DNA from: Nannocystis bainbridge
GTDB lineage: Bacteria > Myxococcota_A > Polyangia > Nannocystales > Nannocystaceae
Direction: 5' to 3'
Assembly (NCBI RefSeq): GCF_028368995.1
Contig: NZ_JAQNDL010000001.1
Coordinates: 2,048,001-2,112,000 of the forward strand
Length of the DNA: 64,000 bases
The position numbers and the translations under genes are program-made. Shown here one piece after another: positions 54,597 through 64,000 of this stretch. Every line of letters starts with the position of its first letter. Within the stretch, counting starts at the first letter, position 1. Below the pieces are notes generated by a model. The model saw only the letters and a list, made by a program, of their open reading frames with translations, did not search any database and was not told the origin of the DNA.

Positions 54597-55787
54597 TTGA
54601 CTTCGCTGTTGATCGTCGAGGACGACACGCATTTCCGCGGCGAGCTCGCGCGCGAGCTCGAAGGTCACGGGTTTCAGGTCGATTCGGCGCCGTCGGTGCA
54701 TTCCGCACTGTCGGCGCTGGCCCGGCGCCCGGCCGACGTGGTGTTGACCGACCTGCGGCTGGGCGGGCCCGACGGGCTCGACCTGCTCAAGCTGCTGCCG
54801 AGCGTGTCACGCAAGACCCGCCCGATTCTCATGAGCGCGCACGCCTCCGCGCGCGAGCACCAGGTCGCGACCGAGCTGGGCGCGGTCGATTTCCTCCTCA
54901 AACCCTTCACCCCGACCGAGCTGCTGCGCTCGATCCACAAGGCCATCGACTGCGAGACCGGCTTCGTCGGCAGCGTGCACGGCCTGTCGCTGATCGACGT
55001 GGCGCAGATGTTCCACATGTCGCAGCGCTCGGTCACGATCCTCGTCGGCGCCGCCGGGCGGCCGGCCAGCAAGATTCACTTTCGTCGCGGCGAGATCGTC
55101 GGCGCCTCGTACGGCGACCAGGTCGGCTGCCCCGCGCTGCGGGCGATCCTGGCCGCCTCCACCGGGGCGCTCCACACCACCGGGCTCGAGGAGGGCGTGG
55201 TGCAGACGATCGACGCCCCGTTCGACCACCTCCTGCTGGCCTGCCTGAGCCGGCTCGACGAGGAGCTGCACGACCGCCGGGGCCCGCAGGAGACCCCGGC
55301 GGTGTTCGAGCTGGGCGATTTCGGCGAGAGCGACGAGCTCGCCGCCACGGCCGACGAGGTCACCGACGACTCGTTCCTCGCTGCGCCCACCCTCGTGACC
55401 TCGCCGGCGCAGCTGGCCGCCCGCGCCGCGCTGGACGACGTCTGTCGCCGGCTGACCGGGGTGATCGACGGCGCGCTCGCCTGCGCCGTCGCGGTGGTCG
55501 ACAGCGGCGTGCTGCTCGGTCATCACCGGCGCGGCGCCGCGGCGCCGACCTCGGAGACGGCGATGACCGCGGTCGCGCGCGAGCTGTTCGGCGGCGGCGT
55601 CGGCCGGCTCGCGGGCGGCCTCCTTCACGAGATCCAGCTGACCGCCACCGATCATCACATCTTCGGCAAGCTGCTCGCCGATCGCCGGCGCGCGCTCGTC
55701 CTCGTCACCGATCGCTCGGTCAGCATCGGCATGGGCTGGGCCCAGCTGCGGGCCAACATCGGCGCGTTCGAGCGCGTGACCGGGTGA
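54597..55787 (+). CDS. Response regulator: REC + DUF4388/PATAN + C-terminal roadblock-like domain
   Basis: LLIVEDD, VLTD, DG, FLLKPF; GFVGSVHGLSLIDVAQM...IHFRRGEIV; IDGALACAVAVVDSGVLL...EIQLTAT.H. Confidence 0.85.
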   Translation: MTSLLIVEDDTHFRGELARELEGHGFQVDSAPSVHSALSALARRPADVVLTDLRLGGPDGLDLLKLLPSVSRKTRPILMSAHASAREHQVATELGAVDFLLKPFTPTELLRSIHKAIDCETGFVGSVHGLSLIDVAQMFHMSQRSVTILVGAAGRPASKIHFRRGEIVGASYGDQVGCPALRAILAASTGALHTTGLEEGVVQTIDAPFDHLLLACLSRLDEELHDRRGPQETPAVFELGDFGESDELAATADEVTDDSFLAAPTLVTSPAQLAARAALDDVCRRLTGVIDGALACAVAVVDSGVLLGHHRRGAAAPTSETAMTAVARELFGGGVGRLAGGLLHEIQLTATDHHIFGKLLADRRRALVLVTDRSVSIGMGWAQLRANIGAFERVTG

Positions 55788-55805
55788 CCGAGGAGGGACC
55801 GGGTC

Positions 55806-56399
55806 ATGGCTGTCTACGAACCAGACCGCGGGCGCATCGTCCTGCGCGTCGTCTACGACGGGCCGGGGCGCGCGGGCAAGACCACCAACGTCGAGCAGCT
55901 CGCGGGCATCTTCGGCGACAGGCCCGGCAACGAGCTGCTGGTCCACCCGGCGGCCACCGGGCGCACGATCTTCTTCGACTGGTTCAGCTTCGACGGCGGC
56001 ATGATCGACGGCCACCCGCTGCAGGTGCAGGTCGTCACCGTGCCCGGCCACAAGAGCCTCGAGCCGCGTCGGGCTCACATCCTTCACACCGCCGAGCGGC
56101 TCACCGGGCAATTCGGCCTGAACGCGATCACGGGGCGGGCGGGCAGCGCCCAGGAGCTGCGAGCGTCCCTCGAGCGCATCGAGACGAGTCGCGTCGGCCG
56201 CTGCGCCCCCGAGCGCCGCAAGGACGACGAGGTCCGCGCGGAGGTCCAGGCCGGCCTCGCCGACGCGGGCCGGGTCGTCTACATCGGCTCGCACGAGCTC
56301 ACCCACCAGCGGGTCGCGGGCGATCGCGCCGAGCCCGGGACGCGCGGGCGGACGGCGCTGCAGCAGAGCTTTTCGGACATGTCCGAAAAAGACACCTGA
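55806..56399 (+). pseudogene. MglA-like small GTPase, N-terminal half only
   Basis: VVYDGPGRAGKTTN, GRTIFFD, VTVPG...RR.IL..A; then diverges, with no G4 NKxD. Ends in a repeat-encoded tail. Confidence 0.75.
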
Positions 56400-56498
56400 C
56401 GAGCGCCCGCGTCGCTCGCCCGTGCCGGTGTCGGCCATGTTCCGACCCAAGCACCATGTCTCGAAGGGCATGCTCTCGAGAGCATGTCCTTCAAGGCA
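56366..56498. repeat. Cluster of 14-bp palindromic units between the GTPase fragment and the next ORF
   Basis: 20-bp perfect palindrome ttttcggacatgtccgaaaa (56370-56389); tgtctcgaagggca|tgctctcgagagca|tgtccttcaaggca (56457-56498). Confidence 0.9.
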
Positions 56499-57119
56499 GG
56501 GGGCCATCGCCTGCATACCCGCGGCGAGTGGCGGTTCGGCGCGCGCGAGCGCGGCCGCGAGGCGCTCATCGCCCACGTGCGGCGGACCGCCCGGCTCGGC
56601 CCCTTGCTCCCGGCCGGGAGCGCCGTCGCGCTGGCGACCACCGAAGCCGAAGCCGACGAGGTCGTCCTGTGGCACATCGTGCCTGACCTGCCCTCGCTGG
56701 GCGCCGCCCTGACCGCCGCGACCGAGGCCGAGCGCCCGCGGCAGCTGGCCCGGCTCGCGGCCGCCTACGCCGCCGCGCTGCGGCTGGTGGCGCGCGAGGG
56801 CATCGTCCTCACCCTCGACCCGCACGCCTTCGCCGAGCAGGACGGGCGATCGGTCTACCTCGGCGATCGCCTGGGCGAGCCCGAACGGTCGCCCGACCTC
56901 GTGGGCGCGCTGCTGGCCCCGTGCGCCGGCCTGAGCGAGGCCTCGCGCGCCGCCTGGCAGACCGCGCTCGAGCAGGCCGTGCCGGCCACCTTGACGCGCG
57001 AGGACGTCGCCGCTCTCGGCCTCGAGCGCGCGCTGACGGCCTCGGCGACGGTCCCCGCGCGCGCGGCCGAGGCCCGCGCGCGCGACCGGCTGCGGATGAC
57101 GCTCGGGCTCTGCACCTGA
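56484..57119 (+). CDS. Hypothetical protein, possibly the detached C-terminal domain of the GTPase gene
   Basis: Protein-like ORF whose ATG lies at a repeat junction (gcATGt). Confidence 0.55.
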   Translation: MSFKAGGHRLHTRGEWRFGARERGREALIAHVRRTARLGPLLPAGSAVALATTEAEADEVVLWHIVPDLPSLGAALTAATEAERPRQLARLAAAYAAALRLVAREGIVLTLDPHAFAEQDGRSVYLGDRLGEPERSPDLVGALLAPCAGLSEASRAAWQTALEQAVPATLTREDVAALGLERALTASATVPARAAEARARDRLRMTLGLCT

Positions 57120-57134
57120 GCGCGGCTGCGGGCG

Positions 57135-57443
57135 CTAGTTGAACAGCTTGCCGAGGCGCATGGCCACGCCCATGTCGCCTTCGATCTTGATCTTGCCGGT
57201 CATGAACGCGGTGGTCGGGTCGAGCTTCTTCGCCGCCATCTTGGCGAAGTCCTCGAGCGAGACCTTGACCGTGCACTTGGCCGGGCGGTCGTCGTTGTCG
57301 ACCGTGTTGGGCGTGCTCTCGCCGTCGATGTAGAGCACCTGCGCGTCGGAGAACACGAACTTGATCGTCGCCTTGAGGCCCGAGTCGTCGCCGACCTTCG
57401 CGCGGATCTCTTCGGTGAACTTTTCCAGGCTGATGTCGCTCAT
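57135..57443 (-). CDS. SCP2 sterol/lipid-binding domain protein
   Basis: LDPTTAFMTGKIKIEGDMGVAMRL. Confidence 0.93.
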   Translation of the reverse strand: MSDISLEKFTEEIRAKVGDDSGLKATIKFVFSDAQVLYIDGESTPNTVDNDDRPAKCTVKVSLEDFAKMAAKKLDPTTAFMTGKIKIEGDMGVAMRLGKLFN

Positions 57444-57630
57444 GAAGCCTGCCTACCACAATCCTCCGGCGCCTTCGACGCCCGCGGCGTCCGGACCTGC
57501 GCCGCGAAAATCTACTCGCCGACGCCGGTCCGTTCCGCCTGCCCCCCACGTCAGCGCATACGCCGTCCTCGGCCCGGCCCGCGGCGATTTCCGCTTCCCC
57601 TGGTCCCGCGGCTGTGTACGATGCGGCGCC

Positions 57631-58497
57631 ATGAGCGGGTACCGTTCCGTCTTTCGTCCGGGCCTGTTCGCCGGGCAAACGATCGTGGTCACCGGCGGCG
57701 GCAGCGGGATCGGTCGCTGCACCGCGCACGAGCTGGCCGCGCTCGGTGCTCACCCGGTGCTGGTCGGCCGCAAGCTGGCCAAGCTCGAGGCCACCGCCGC
57801 CGAGATCGTCGCCGACGGCGGCGCCTGTTCGCTGCACGCCTGCGACATCCGCGAGGAGGCCCAGGTCAAGGCGACGGTGGCCGCGATCGTGGCCGCGCGC
57901 GGGCGCATCGACGGGCTCGTCAACAACGCCGGCGGGCAGTTCCCGGCCCCGCTGTCCGCGATCTCGCAGAAGGGCTTCGAGACCGTCGTGCGCACCAACC
58001 TCGTCGGCGGGTTTCTGTTCGCCCGCGAGGTCTACACGCAGTCGATGGCCGAGCGCGGCGGCTCGATCGTCAACATCGTCGCCGACATGTGGCGCAGCAT
58101 GCCGGGCATGGGCCACTCCGGGGCCGCGCGCGCCGGCATGGTCAACTTCACGCAGACCGCCGCGGTCGAGTGGGCGCCCTCGGGCGTGCGCGTCAACGCC
58201 GTCGCGCCGGGCTGGATCGCCTCGTCGGGCATGGACAACTACGACCCCGACATGCTCAAGGGCCTGCTGCCGCGGCTCAAGGCCGCCGTGCCGCTGCACC
58301 GCCTCGGCACCGAGGCCGAGGTCAGCGCCGCGATCGTCTTCCTGCTCAGCGAGGCCGCCGGGTTCATCAGCGGCTCGACGCTGCGGGTCGACGGCGCCGC
58401 CCCCAACTCCAGCGCCGTGTGGCCCGCGAGCGAGCACGACCGCTCGAAGCCGTACGAGGGCTTCCACCGCGCCGAGCTCCCCGACAACCTGCGCTAA
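57631..58497 (+). CDS. atuB: SDR oxidoreductase, AtuB-like (citronellol/citronellal dehydrogenase)
   Basis: YRSVFRPGLFAGQ..VTGGGSGIGRC.AHEL, NNAGGQF, MPGMGHSGAARAGM; first gene of the operon. Confidence 0.8.
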   Translation: MSGYRSVFRPGLFAGQTIVVTGGGSGIGRCTAHELAALGAHPVLVGRKLAKLEATAAEIVADGGACSLHACDIREEAQVKATVAAIVAARGRIDGLVNNAGGQFPAPLSAISQKGFETVVRTNLVGGFLFAREVYTQSMAERGGSIVNIVADMWRSMPGMGHSGAARAGMVNFTQTAAVEWAPSGVRVNAVAPGWIASSGMDNYDPDMLKGLLPRLKAAVPLHRLGTEAEVSAAIVFLLSEAAGFISGSTLRVDGAAPNSSAVWPASEHDRSKPYEGFHRAELPDNLR

Positions 58498-58510
58498 AGG
58501 CCAGCCAGTC

Positions 58511-60139
58511 ATGCCCGTGCTCACGTCCCGCATCGACCTCCAGGGCGACCTGTTCCAGGCGAACCGCGCCGCCCAGCTGAAGCTCATCGACGACTTCCGC
58601 GCCGCCGAGAAGCGCGTGCGCGACAACTCGGGCAAGCAGGCCGAGAAGTTCGCCAAGCGCGGGCAGCTGCTCCCGCGCGACCGGGTCGCGCGGCTGCTCG
58701 ATCGCGGCGCGCCGTTCCTCGAGCTGTCGACCCTGGCCGGCTACAAGATGCACGACGACGACGGCAAGAGCGACGCCAGCGGCGGCGGCTGCATCGTCGG
58801 CATCGGCGTGGTCTCGGGCGTGCGGTGCATCGTCAGCGCCAGCGACAGCGCGATCAAGGGCGGGGCGATCTCGCCCATGGGCCTGCGCAAGAGCCTGCGG
58901 GCCCAGGAGATCGCGCTCGAGCACAAGCTGCCGATCATCTCTTGCGTCGAGAGCGCGGGCGCCAACCTCCTCTATCAGGCCGAGATCTTCGTCGACGGCG
59001 GGCGCGTGTTCGCCAACATGGCGCGGCTGTCGGCCGCCGGCGTCCCGCAGATCACGATCGTGCACGGCAGCAGCACCGCCGGCGGCGCCTACTTACCGGG
59101 CCTCTCGGACTACGTGATCGCGGTGCGCGGCCAGGCCAAGGTGTTCCTGGCCGGCCCGCCGCTGGTGGAGGCCGCGCTCGGCGAGGTCGCCACCGACGAG
59201 GAGCTCGGCGGCGCCGAGCTGCACGCCACGGTCACCGGCACCGCCGAGTACGTGGCCGAGAACGACGCCCACGCGATCCACCTCGCGCGCGAGCTGCTGG
59301 CCAACCTCCAGCGCGCGCCGCTGGGCCGGTTCGCACATGACCTCTCGACCAGGCCGCACCGCCCGCCGCGCTTCGACGTCGAGGACCTGCTCGGCATCGT
59401 CCCGGTCGACTTCAAGAAGCCCTACGACGTCCGCGAAGTGATCGCTCGCCTGGTCGACGACAGCGATTTCTTCGAGTTCAAGGCGCTTTACGGTTCGGCG
59501 ACGGTGTGCGGCCACGCCCTCATCGAGGGCCACGCCGTCGGCATCCTCGGCAACAACGGCCCGATCAACCCCGACGGCGCCTGCAAGGCCGGGCAGTTCA
59601 TCCAGCTGTGCTGCCAGAGCGGCACCCCGCTGCTGTTCCTGCAGAACACCACCGGCTACATGGTCGGCACCGCGGCCGAGCGGGCCGGCATGGTCAAGCA
59701 CGGCTCGAAGATGATCCAGGCGGTCGCCAACGCCGACGTCCCGAAGCTCACCGTCATCATGGGCGGCAGCTTCGGCGCCGGCAACTACGGCATGTGCGGC
59801 CGCTCCTACGACCCGCGGTTCGTGTTCGCCTGGCCCGGCAGCCGGATCGCCGTGATGGGCGGCGAGCAGGCCGCCAAGGTCATGGAGATCATCACCACCG
59901 CCAAGTTCGCCCGCATGGGCATGAAGGCCGACCCCGACGCGATGGCCCAGATGGGCAAGTCGATCAAGGACCGCCTCGACGCCGAGTCGACCGCGCTCTA
60001 CGCCACCGCGAGGCTGTGGGACGACGGCCTCATCGACCCCCGCGACACCCGCCGCGTGCTCGCCCTGGCGCTCGCCGTCTGCCGCGAGGGCGAGGCCCGC
60101 CGCGTCCGCCCCACCAGCTTCGGCGTCGCCCGCCTGTGA
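58511..60139 (+). CDS. atuC: Geranyl-CoA carboxylase carboxyltransferase subunit (AtuC-like)
   Basis: RGQLLPRDRV..LLD, GSSTAGGAYLPG, FLQNTTGYMVG, GSFGAGNYGMCGR. Confidence 0.85.
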   Translation: MPVLTSRIDLQGDLFQANRAAQLKLIDDFRAAEKRVRDNSGKQAEKFAKRGQLLPRDRVARLLDRGAPFLELSTLAGYKMHDDDGKSDASGGGCIVGIGVVSGVRCIVSASDSAIKGGAISPMGLRKSLRAQEIALEHKLPIISCVESAGANLLYQAEIFVDGGRVFANMARLSAAGVPQITIVHGSSTAGGAYLPGLSDYVIAVRGQAKVFLAGPPLVEAALGEVATDEELGGAELHATVTGTAEYVAENDAHAIHLARELLANLQRAPLGRFAHDLSTRPHRPPRFDVEDLLGIVPVDFKKPYDVREVIARLVDDSDFFEFKALYGSATVCGHALIEGHAVGILGNNGPINPDGACKAGQFIQLCCQSGTPLLFLQNTTGYMVGTAAERAGMVKHGSKMIQAVANADVPKLTVIMGGSFGAGNYGMCGRSYDPRFVFAWPGSRIAVMGGEQAAKVMEIITTAKFARMGMKADPDAMAQMGKSIKDRLDAESTALYATARLWDDGLIDPRDTRRVLALALAVCREGEARRVRPTSFGVARL

Positions 60140-60199
60140 CCTCCACGACTTCGCGTCACCTGTCCCTTCGAACATCCTGACCCGAGAGCCAGCCCCGCC

Positions 60200-61357
60200 A
60201 TGCCGCTGTTCACCGACGAGCACGACCTCCTGCGCGACAGCCTGCGCAAGTTCATCGCCCGGGAGATCAACCCCTACTGCGACGAATGGGAGGAGGCGCG
60301 GATCTTCCCGGCCCACGAGCTGTTCAAGAAGCTCGGCAACGAGGGCTTCCTCGGCCTGACCAAGCCGACCGAGTACGGCGGCGCCGCCCTCGACTACTCG
60401 TACGCGCTGGTGATGGCCGAGGAGCTCGGGCGCGTCGACGCCGGCGGCGTGTCGCTGGCGATCGGCGTGCAGACCGACATGTGCACGCCGGCGCTGGCGA
60501 AGTTCGGCTCGGACGAGCTCAAGAAAGAGTGGCTCGCGCCCTCGATCGCCGGCGACCTGGTCGGCTGCATCGGCGTGTCGGAGGTCGGCGCCGGCTCCGA
60601 CGTCGCCAGCCTCAAGACCTACGCCCGCAAGGACGGCGACGACTACGTCATCACCGGCGGCAAGATGTGGATCACCAACGGCGTCCAGGCCGACTGGATG
60701 TGCTGCCTCGCCAACACCAGCGACGACAAGCCGCACAAGAACAAGACCCTCATCATCGTCCCGCTCGACTCGAAGGGCGTCGAGCGGGCCCGCAAGCTGC
60801 ACAAGCTCGGCATGTGGTCGTCGGACACCGCGCAGATCTTCTTCGACGAGGTCCGCGTGCCGCAGCGCTACGCGATCGGCCCCGAGGGCGCCGGCTTCAT
60901 GCTGCAGATGCTGCAGTTCCAGGAGGAGCGGCTGTGGGGCGCCGCCAACTCGCTGACGGCGATGGACACCGCGATCGCCGAGACGATCAAGTACACCCGC
61001 GAGCGCCAGGCCTTCGGCAAGTCGATCCTCGACAACCAGGTGGTCCACTTCCGCATCGCCGAGCTGCTGACCGAGGTCGAGTCGCTGCGGGCGCTGATCT
61101 ACCGCGCCGCCGAGCTGTTCATCTCCGGCAAGGACGTGACCCGCCTGGCCTCGATGGCCAAGCTCAAGTCGGGCCGCCTCGGCCGCGAGGTCGCCGACAG
61201 CTGCCTGCAATACTGGGGCGGCATGGGCTACATGTGGGAATCGAAGATCTCGCGCCTGTTCCGCGACTCGCGCCTGATCTCGGTCGGCGGCGGCGCCGAC
61301 GAGGTCATGCTCGGCATCATCGCCAAGCTCGACGGCATCCTGCCCGGGAGAGGCTGA
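60200..61357 (+). CDS. atuD: Acyl-CoA dehydrogenase, citronellyl-CoA dehydrogenase-like
   Basis: IGVQTDMCTPAL, GVSEVGAGSDV, GGKMWITNG, QFQEERL, GGGADEVM. Confidence 0.85.
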   Translation: MPLFTDEHDLLRDSLRKFIAREINPYCDEWEEARIFPAHELFKKLGNEGFLGLTKPTEYGGAALDYSYALVMAEELGRVDAGGVSLAIGVQTDMCTPALAKFGSDELKKEWLAPSIAGDLVGCIGVSEVGAGSDVASLKTYARKDGDDYVITGGKMWITNGVQADWMCCLANTSDDKPHKNKTLIIVPLDSKGVERARKLHKLGMWSSDTAQIFFDEVRVPQRYAIGPEGAGFMLQMLQFQEERLWGAANSLTAMDTAIAETIKYTRERQAFGKSILDNQVVHFRIAELLTEVESLRALIYRAAELFISGKDVTRLASMAKLKSGRLGREVADSCLQYWGGMGYMWESKISRLFRDSRLISVGGGADEVMLGIIAKLDGILPGRG

Positions 61358-61363
61358 AAGGAC

Positions 61364-62194
61364 ATGTCCCAAACGACATTGCCCGAGTGCCAGACGCTGC
61401 TGCTGCGCCGCGACGGCTGGCGCCTGCACGTCACGCTGAACCGGCCCGAGGCGCGCAACGCGATGTCGTTCGCCATGGTCCACGAGCTGCAGGCGGTGTT
61501 CGCCGCGATCGCGGGCGACCGCGAGGTGCGGGCGGTGCTCCTGCGCGGCGCCGGGGGCAACTTCTGCGCCGGCGGTGACATCAAGGACATGGCCGGCGCC
61601 CGCGGGGCCGAGCCGGGCCCCGACGGCAAGGATCCGCTGGCGACGACCAACCGGATCTTCGGCGCGATGCTGCAGCAGATCGAGGACGCCCCGCAGGCGG
61701 TCGTCGCGGTGCTCGAGGGCGCGGTCATGGGCGGCGGCTTCGGCCTGTGCTGCGTCAGCGACGTCGCCGTCGCCGTCGACGATTCCAAGCTGCGCCTGCC
61801 CGAGACCGGCCTCGGCGTGCCGCCGGCCCAGATCGCCCCGTTCATCGTCCGCCGCGTCGGCTACAGCGCAGCGCGCCGGCTCGCGGTCACCGGCGGGGCG
61901 CTCGGCCCCGACGAGGGGCTGCGCCTCGGGCTGGTCCACCACGTGACCGATCGGGCAGGTCTCGAGGGACAGGTGGCGAAGGTCCTGGCCGACATCGGCC
62001 GCTGCGCCCCCGAGGCGGTCGCCACCACCAAGCGGCTGGTCCTGGCCGCCAGCGGGGCGCCGCACGGCGACGCCCTGTCCGCCCTGCTCGACGTCGCCGC
62101 CGACGAATTCGCCCGCGCCGCCCGCGGCTCCGAGGGCGTCGAGGGCATGCTCGCATTCATTCAGAAGCGCAACGCCGCCTGGAACGACCAATGA
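61364..62194 (+). CDS. atuE: Enoyl-CoA hydratase, isohexenylglutaconyl-CoA hydratase-like
   Basis: LNRPEARNAM, FCAGGDI, GGGFGL, LPETGLGV.PAQIAPF. Confidence 0.82.
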   Translation: MSQTTLPECQTLLLRRDGWRLHVTLNRPEARNAMSFAMVHELQAVFAAIAGDREVRAVLLRGAGGNFCAGGDIKDMAGARGAEPGPDGKDPLATTNRIFGAMLQQIEDAPQAVVAVLEGAVMGGGFGLCCVSDVAVAVDDSKLRLPETGLGVPPAQIAPFIVRRVGYSAARRLAVTGGALGPDEGLRLGLVHHVTDRAGLEGQVAKVLADIGRCAPEAVATTKRLVLAASGAPHGDALSALLDVAADEFARAARGSEGVEGMLAFIQKRNAAWNDQ

Positions 62195-64000
62195 CCTTCT
62201 CCACGATCCTGATCGCCAACCGCGGCGAGATCGCCTGCCGGATCATCCGCACCGCCCACGCCCTCGGCTACCGCACCGTCGCCGTCTACAGCGACGCCGA
62301 CGCCGGCGCCCCGCACGTCGGCCTGGCCGATCGCGCGGTCCGGATCGGTCCGCCGCCGGTGCGCGAGTCGTACCTGAACGTCGCGGCGCTGCTCGCCGCG
62401 GCCAGGCAGGCCGGCGCCGACGCGGTCCACCCGGGCTACGGCTTCCTGTCGGAGAACGACGGCTTCGCCCAGGCGGTGCTCGACGCAGGCCTCGTGTTCA
62501 TCGGCCCGTCGCCGGCGGCGATCCGGGCGATGGGCAACAAGGCCGCGGCCAAGCGGGCGATGATCGCCGCCGGGGTCCCGTGCATTCCTGGCTTTCAGGA
62601 CAGCAGCGACGACGGCCAGTCCGCCGCGCGCCTGACCGCCGAGGCCGAGCGCATCGGCCTGCCGCTGCTGATCAAGGCGGCGGCCGGCGGCGGCGGCCGC
62701 GGCATGCGGATGGTCCGCGACTGGGACGGGCTACCGGCGGCGCTGGCGTCGGCGCGCAGCGAGGCCGAGAGCGCGTTCGGCAGCAGCGAGCTGATCCTCG
62801 AGCGCGCGCTCACCAGCGGCCGCCACGTCGAGATCCAGGTGTTCGGCGACAGCCACGGCCATGCGATTCACCTCGGCGAGCGCGACTGCTCGGTCCAGCG
62901 TCGCCACCAGAAGGTCGTCGAGGAGTCGCCGTCGCCGGCCGTGACGCCGGCCCTGCGCGCCGAGATGGGCGCCGCCGCGGTGCTCGCCGCGCGCTCGATC
63001 GACTACGTCGGCGCCGGCACCGTCGAGTTCATGCTCGACGCCGACGGCAAGTTCTACTTCCTCGAGATGAACACGCGCCTGCAGGTCGAGCACCCGGTCA
63101 CCGAGCTGGTCACCGGCCTCGACCTGGTGGCCTGGCAGCTGCGGGTGGCCGCGGGCGAGCCGCTGCCGCTGGCGCAGGAGCAGATCGAGCTGCGCGGCCA
63201 CGCGATCGAGGTCCGCCTCTACGCCGAAGATCCGTACGCCGGCTACCTGCCCCAGGCCGGCGAGGTCGTCGCCTGGCAGCCCGCCAGCGGCGACGGCGTG
63301 CGCGTCGACCACGGCCTCCACCGCCAGCAGACGGTGTCGCCGTTCTACGACCCGATGATCGCCAAGGTCATCAGCCACGGCCGCACCCGCGACGAGGCTC
63401 GCCGCCGCCTGGTGAGCGCGCTCGGCCGCAGCGTCCTGCTCGGCCTGGCCAACAACAAGCGCTTCCTCGCCGATATCCTCGAGCACCCGGTGTTCGCCGC
63501 CGGCGGCGCGACCACCCGCTTCCTCGACGAGCACCTGCCCGCGCCCGCGCGGCCCGAGCCCGACGCGCGCGCGTGGGCGATCGCCGCCGCGATCTGGACT
63601 TTGGGACATGTCCGCGGGGACTACAGCCCGTGGCGCAGCGCCGGCCGGGCCGCGTTCCCCCTGACCCTTCGGACAGGTGAACGCGAGCGCGAGCTGGCCG
63701 TCGACCTCGACCCCGGCGGCATCACCACCGTCACCGTCGACGGCGTCGCCCTGCCGGTGCGCCTGCTCGGGCGCGACGGCGTGGTCTTCCGCGTGCTGGT
63801 CGGCGAGGTGCAAGAGACCGTGCACGCCGCGGTGGTCGGCGAGCGCCTGTTCCTCGACGCGCGCGGCGTGCAGGCCGAGTTCACCGAGCCGCCGCCGAAG
63901 GGCGCCGCGCCCGAGGCCGAGGTCGGCGGCGACGGCAACCTGCTCGCGCCCACCAGCGGCCGCGTGGTCGCGGTGCACGTACAGGTCGGCGACCGCGTCC
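62191..64000 (+). CDS. atuF: Geranyl-CoA carboxylase biotin carboxylase subunit (runs off the window)
   Basis: ATG at 62191 overlaps the atuE stop; ILIANRGEIA, HPGYGFLSEN, GGGGRGM, ERDCSVQRRHQK, EMNTRLQVEHPVTE, YDPMIAK. Confidence 0.85.
   Translation, partial: MTFSTILIANRGEIACRIIRTAHALGYRTVAVYSDADAGAPHVGLADRAVRIGPPPVRESYLNVAALLAAARQAGADAVHPGYGFLSENDGFAQAVLDAGLVFIGPSPAAIRAMGNKAAAKRAMIAAGVPCIPGFQDSSDDGQSAARLTAEAERIGLPLLIKAAAGGGGRGMRMVRDWDGLPAALASARSEAESAFGSSELILERALTSGRHVEIQVFGDSHGHAIHLGERDCSVQRRHQKVVEESPSPAVTPALRAEMGAAAVLAARSIDYVGAGTVEFMLDADGKFYFLEMNTRLQVEHPVTELVTGLDLVAWQLRVAAGEPLPLAQEQIELRGHAIEVRLYAEDPYAGYLPQAGEVVAWQPASGDGVRVDHGLHRQQTVSPFYDPMIAKVISHGRTRDEARRRLVSALGRSVLLGLANNKRFLADILEHPVFAAGGATTRFLDEHLPAPARPEPDARAWAIAAAIWTLGHVRGDYSPWRSAGRAAFPLTLRTGERERELAVDLDPGGITTVTVDGVALPVRLLGRDGVVFRVLVGEVQETVHAAVVGERLFLDARGVQAEFTEPPPKGAAPEAEVGGDGNLLAPTSGRVVAVHVQVGDRV

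Overview
High-GC (~70%) window, most likely from a myxobacterium of the Nannocystis type (inferred from the Ser/Thr-stalked lipoproteins, Hanks kinases with an ECF sigma factor, and MglA/roadblock genes). Housekeeping content: one complete rRNA operon on the minus strand (16S-23S-5S, no tRNA in the spacer), ada/alkA-ogt, glnA, comM/yifB and an atuBCDEF-like acyclic terpene/branched acyl-CoA catabolic operon running off the right edge. Accessory content: two orphan secretion-effector-like modules (1.5-4.3 kb and 29-35 kb), a kinase-kinase-ECF locus next to a Cys-rich halocin-C8-like precursor, a solo DNA methyltransferase, a broken MglA-like GTPase module, and a decayed IS91-like rolling-circle element duplicated at the glnA 3' end with a captured aroA fragment. 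The most striking unexplained signal is a dispersed 14-bp palindrome, TGTCC-N4-GGACA (looser TGTC-N6-GACA). I found six perfect copies and dozens of degenerate ones. They form head-to-tail 14-bp-period arrays in intergenic gaps and also sit in frame inside genes, most densely in an extra ~95-codon segment of the solo methyltransferase. All product calls come from motif recognition by eye; no database searches were run.
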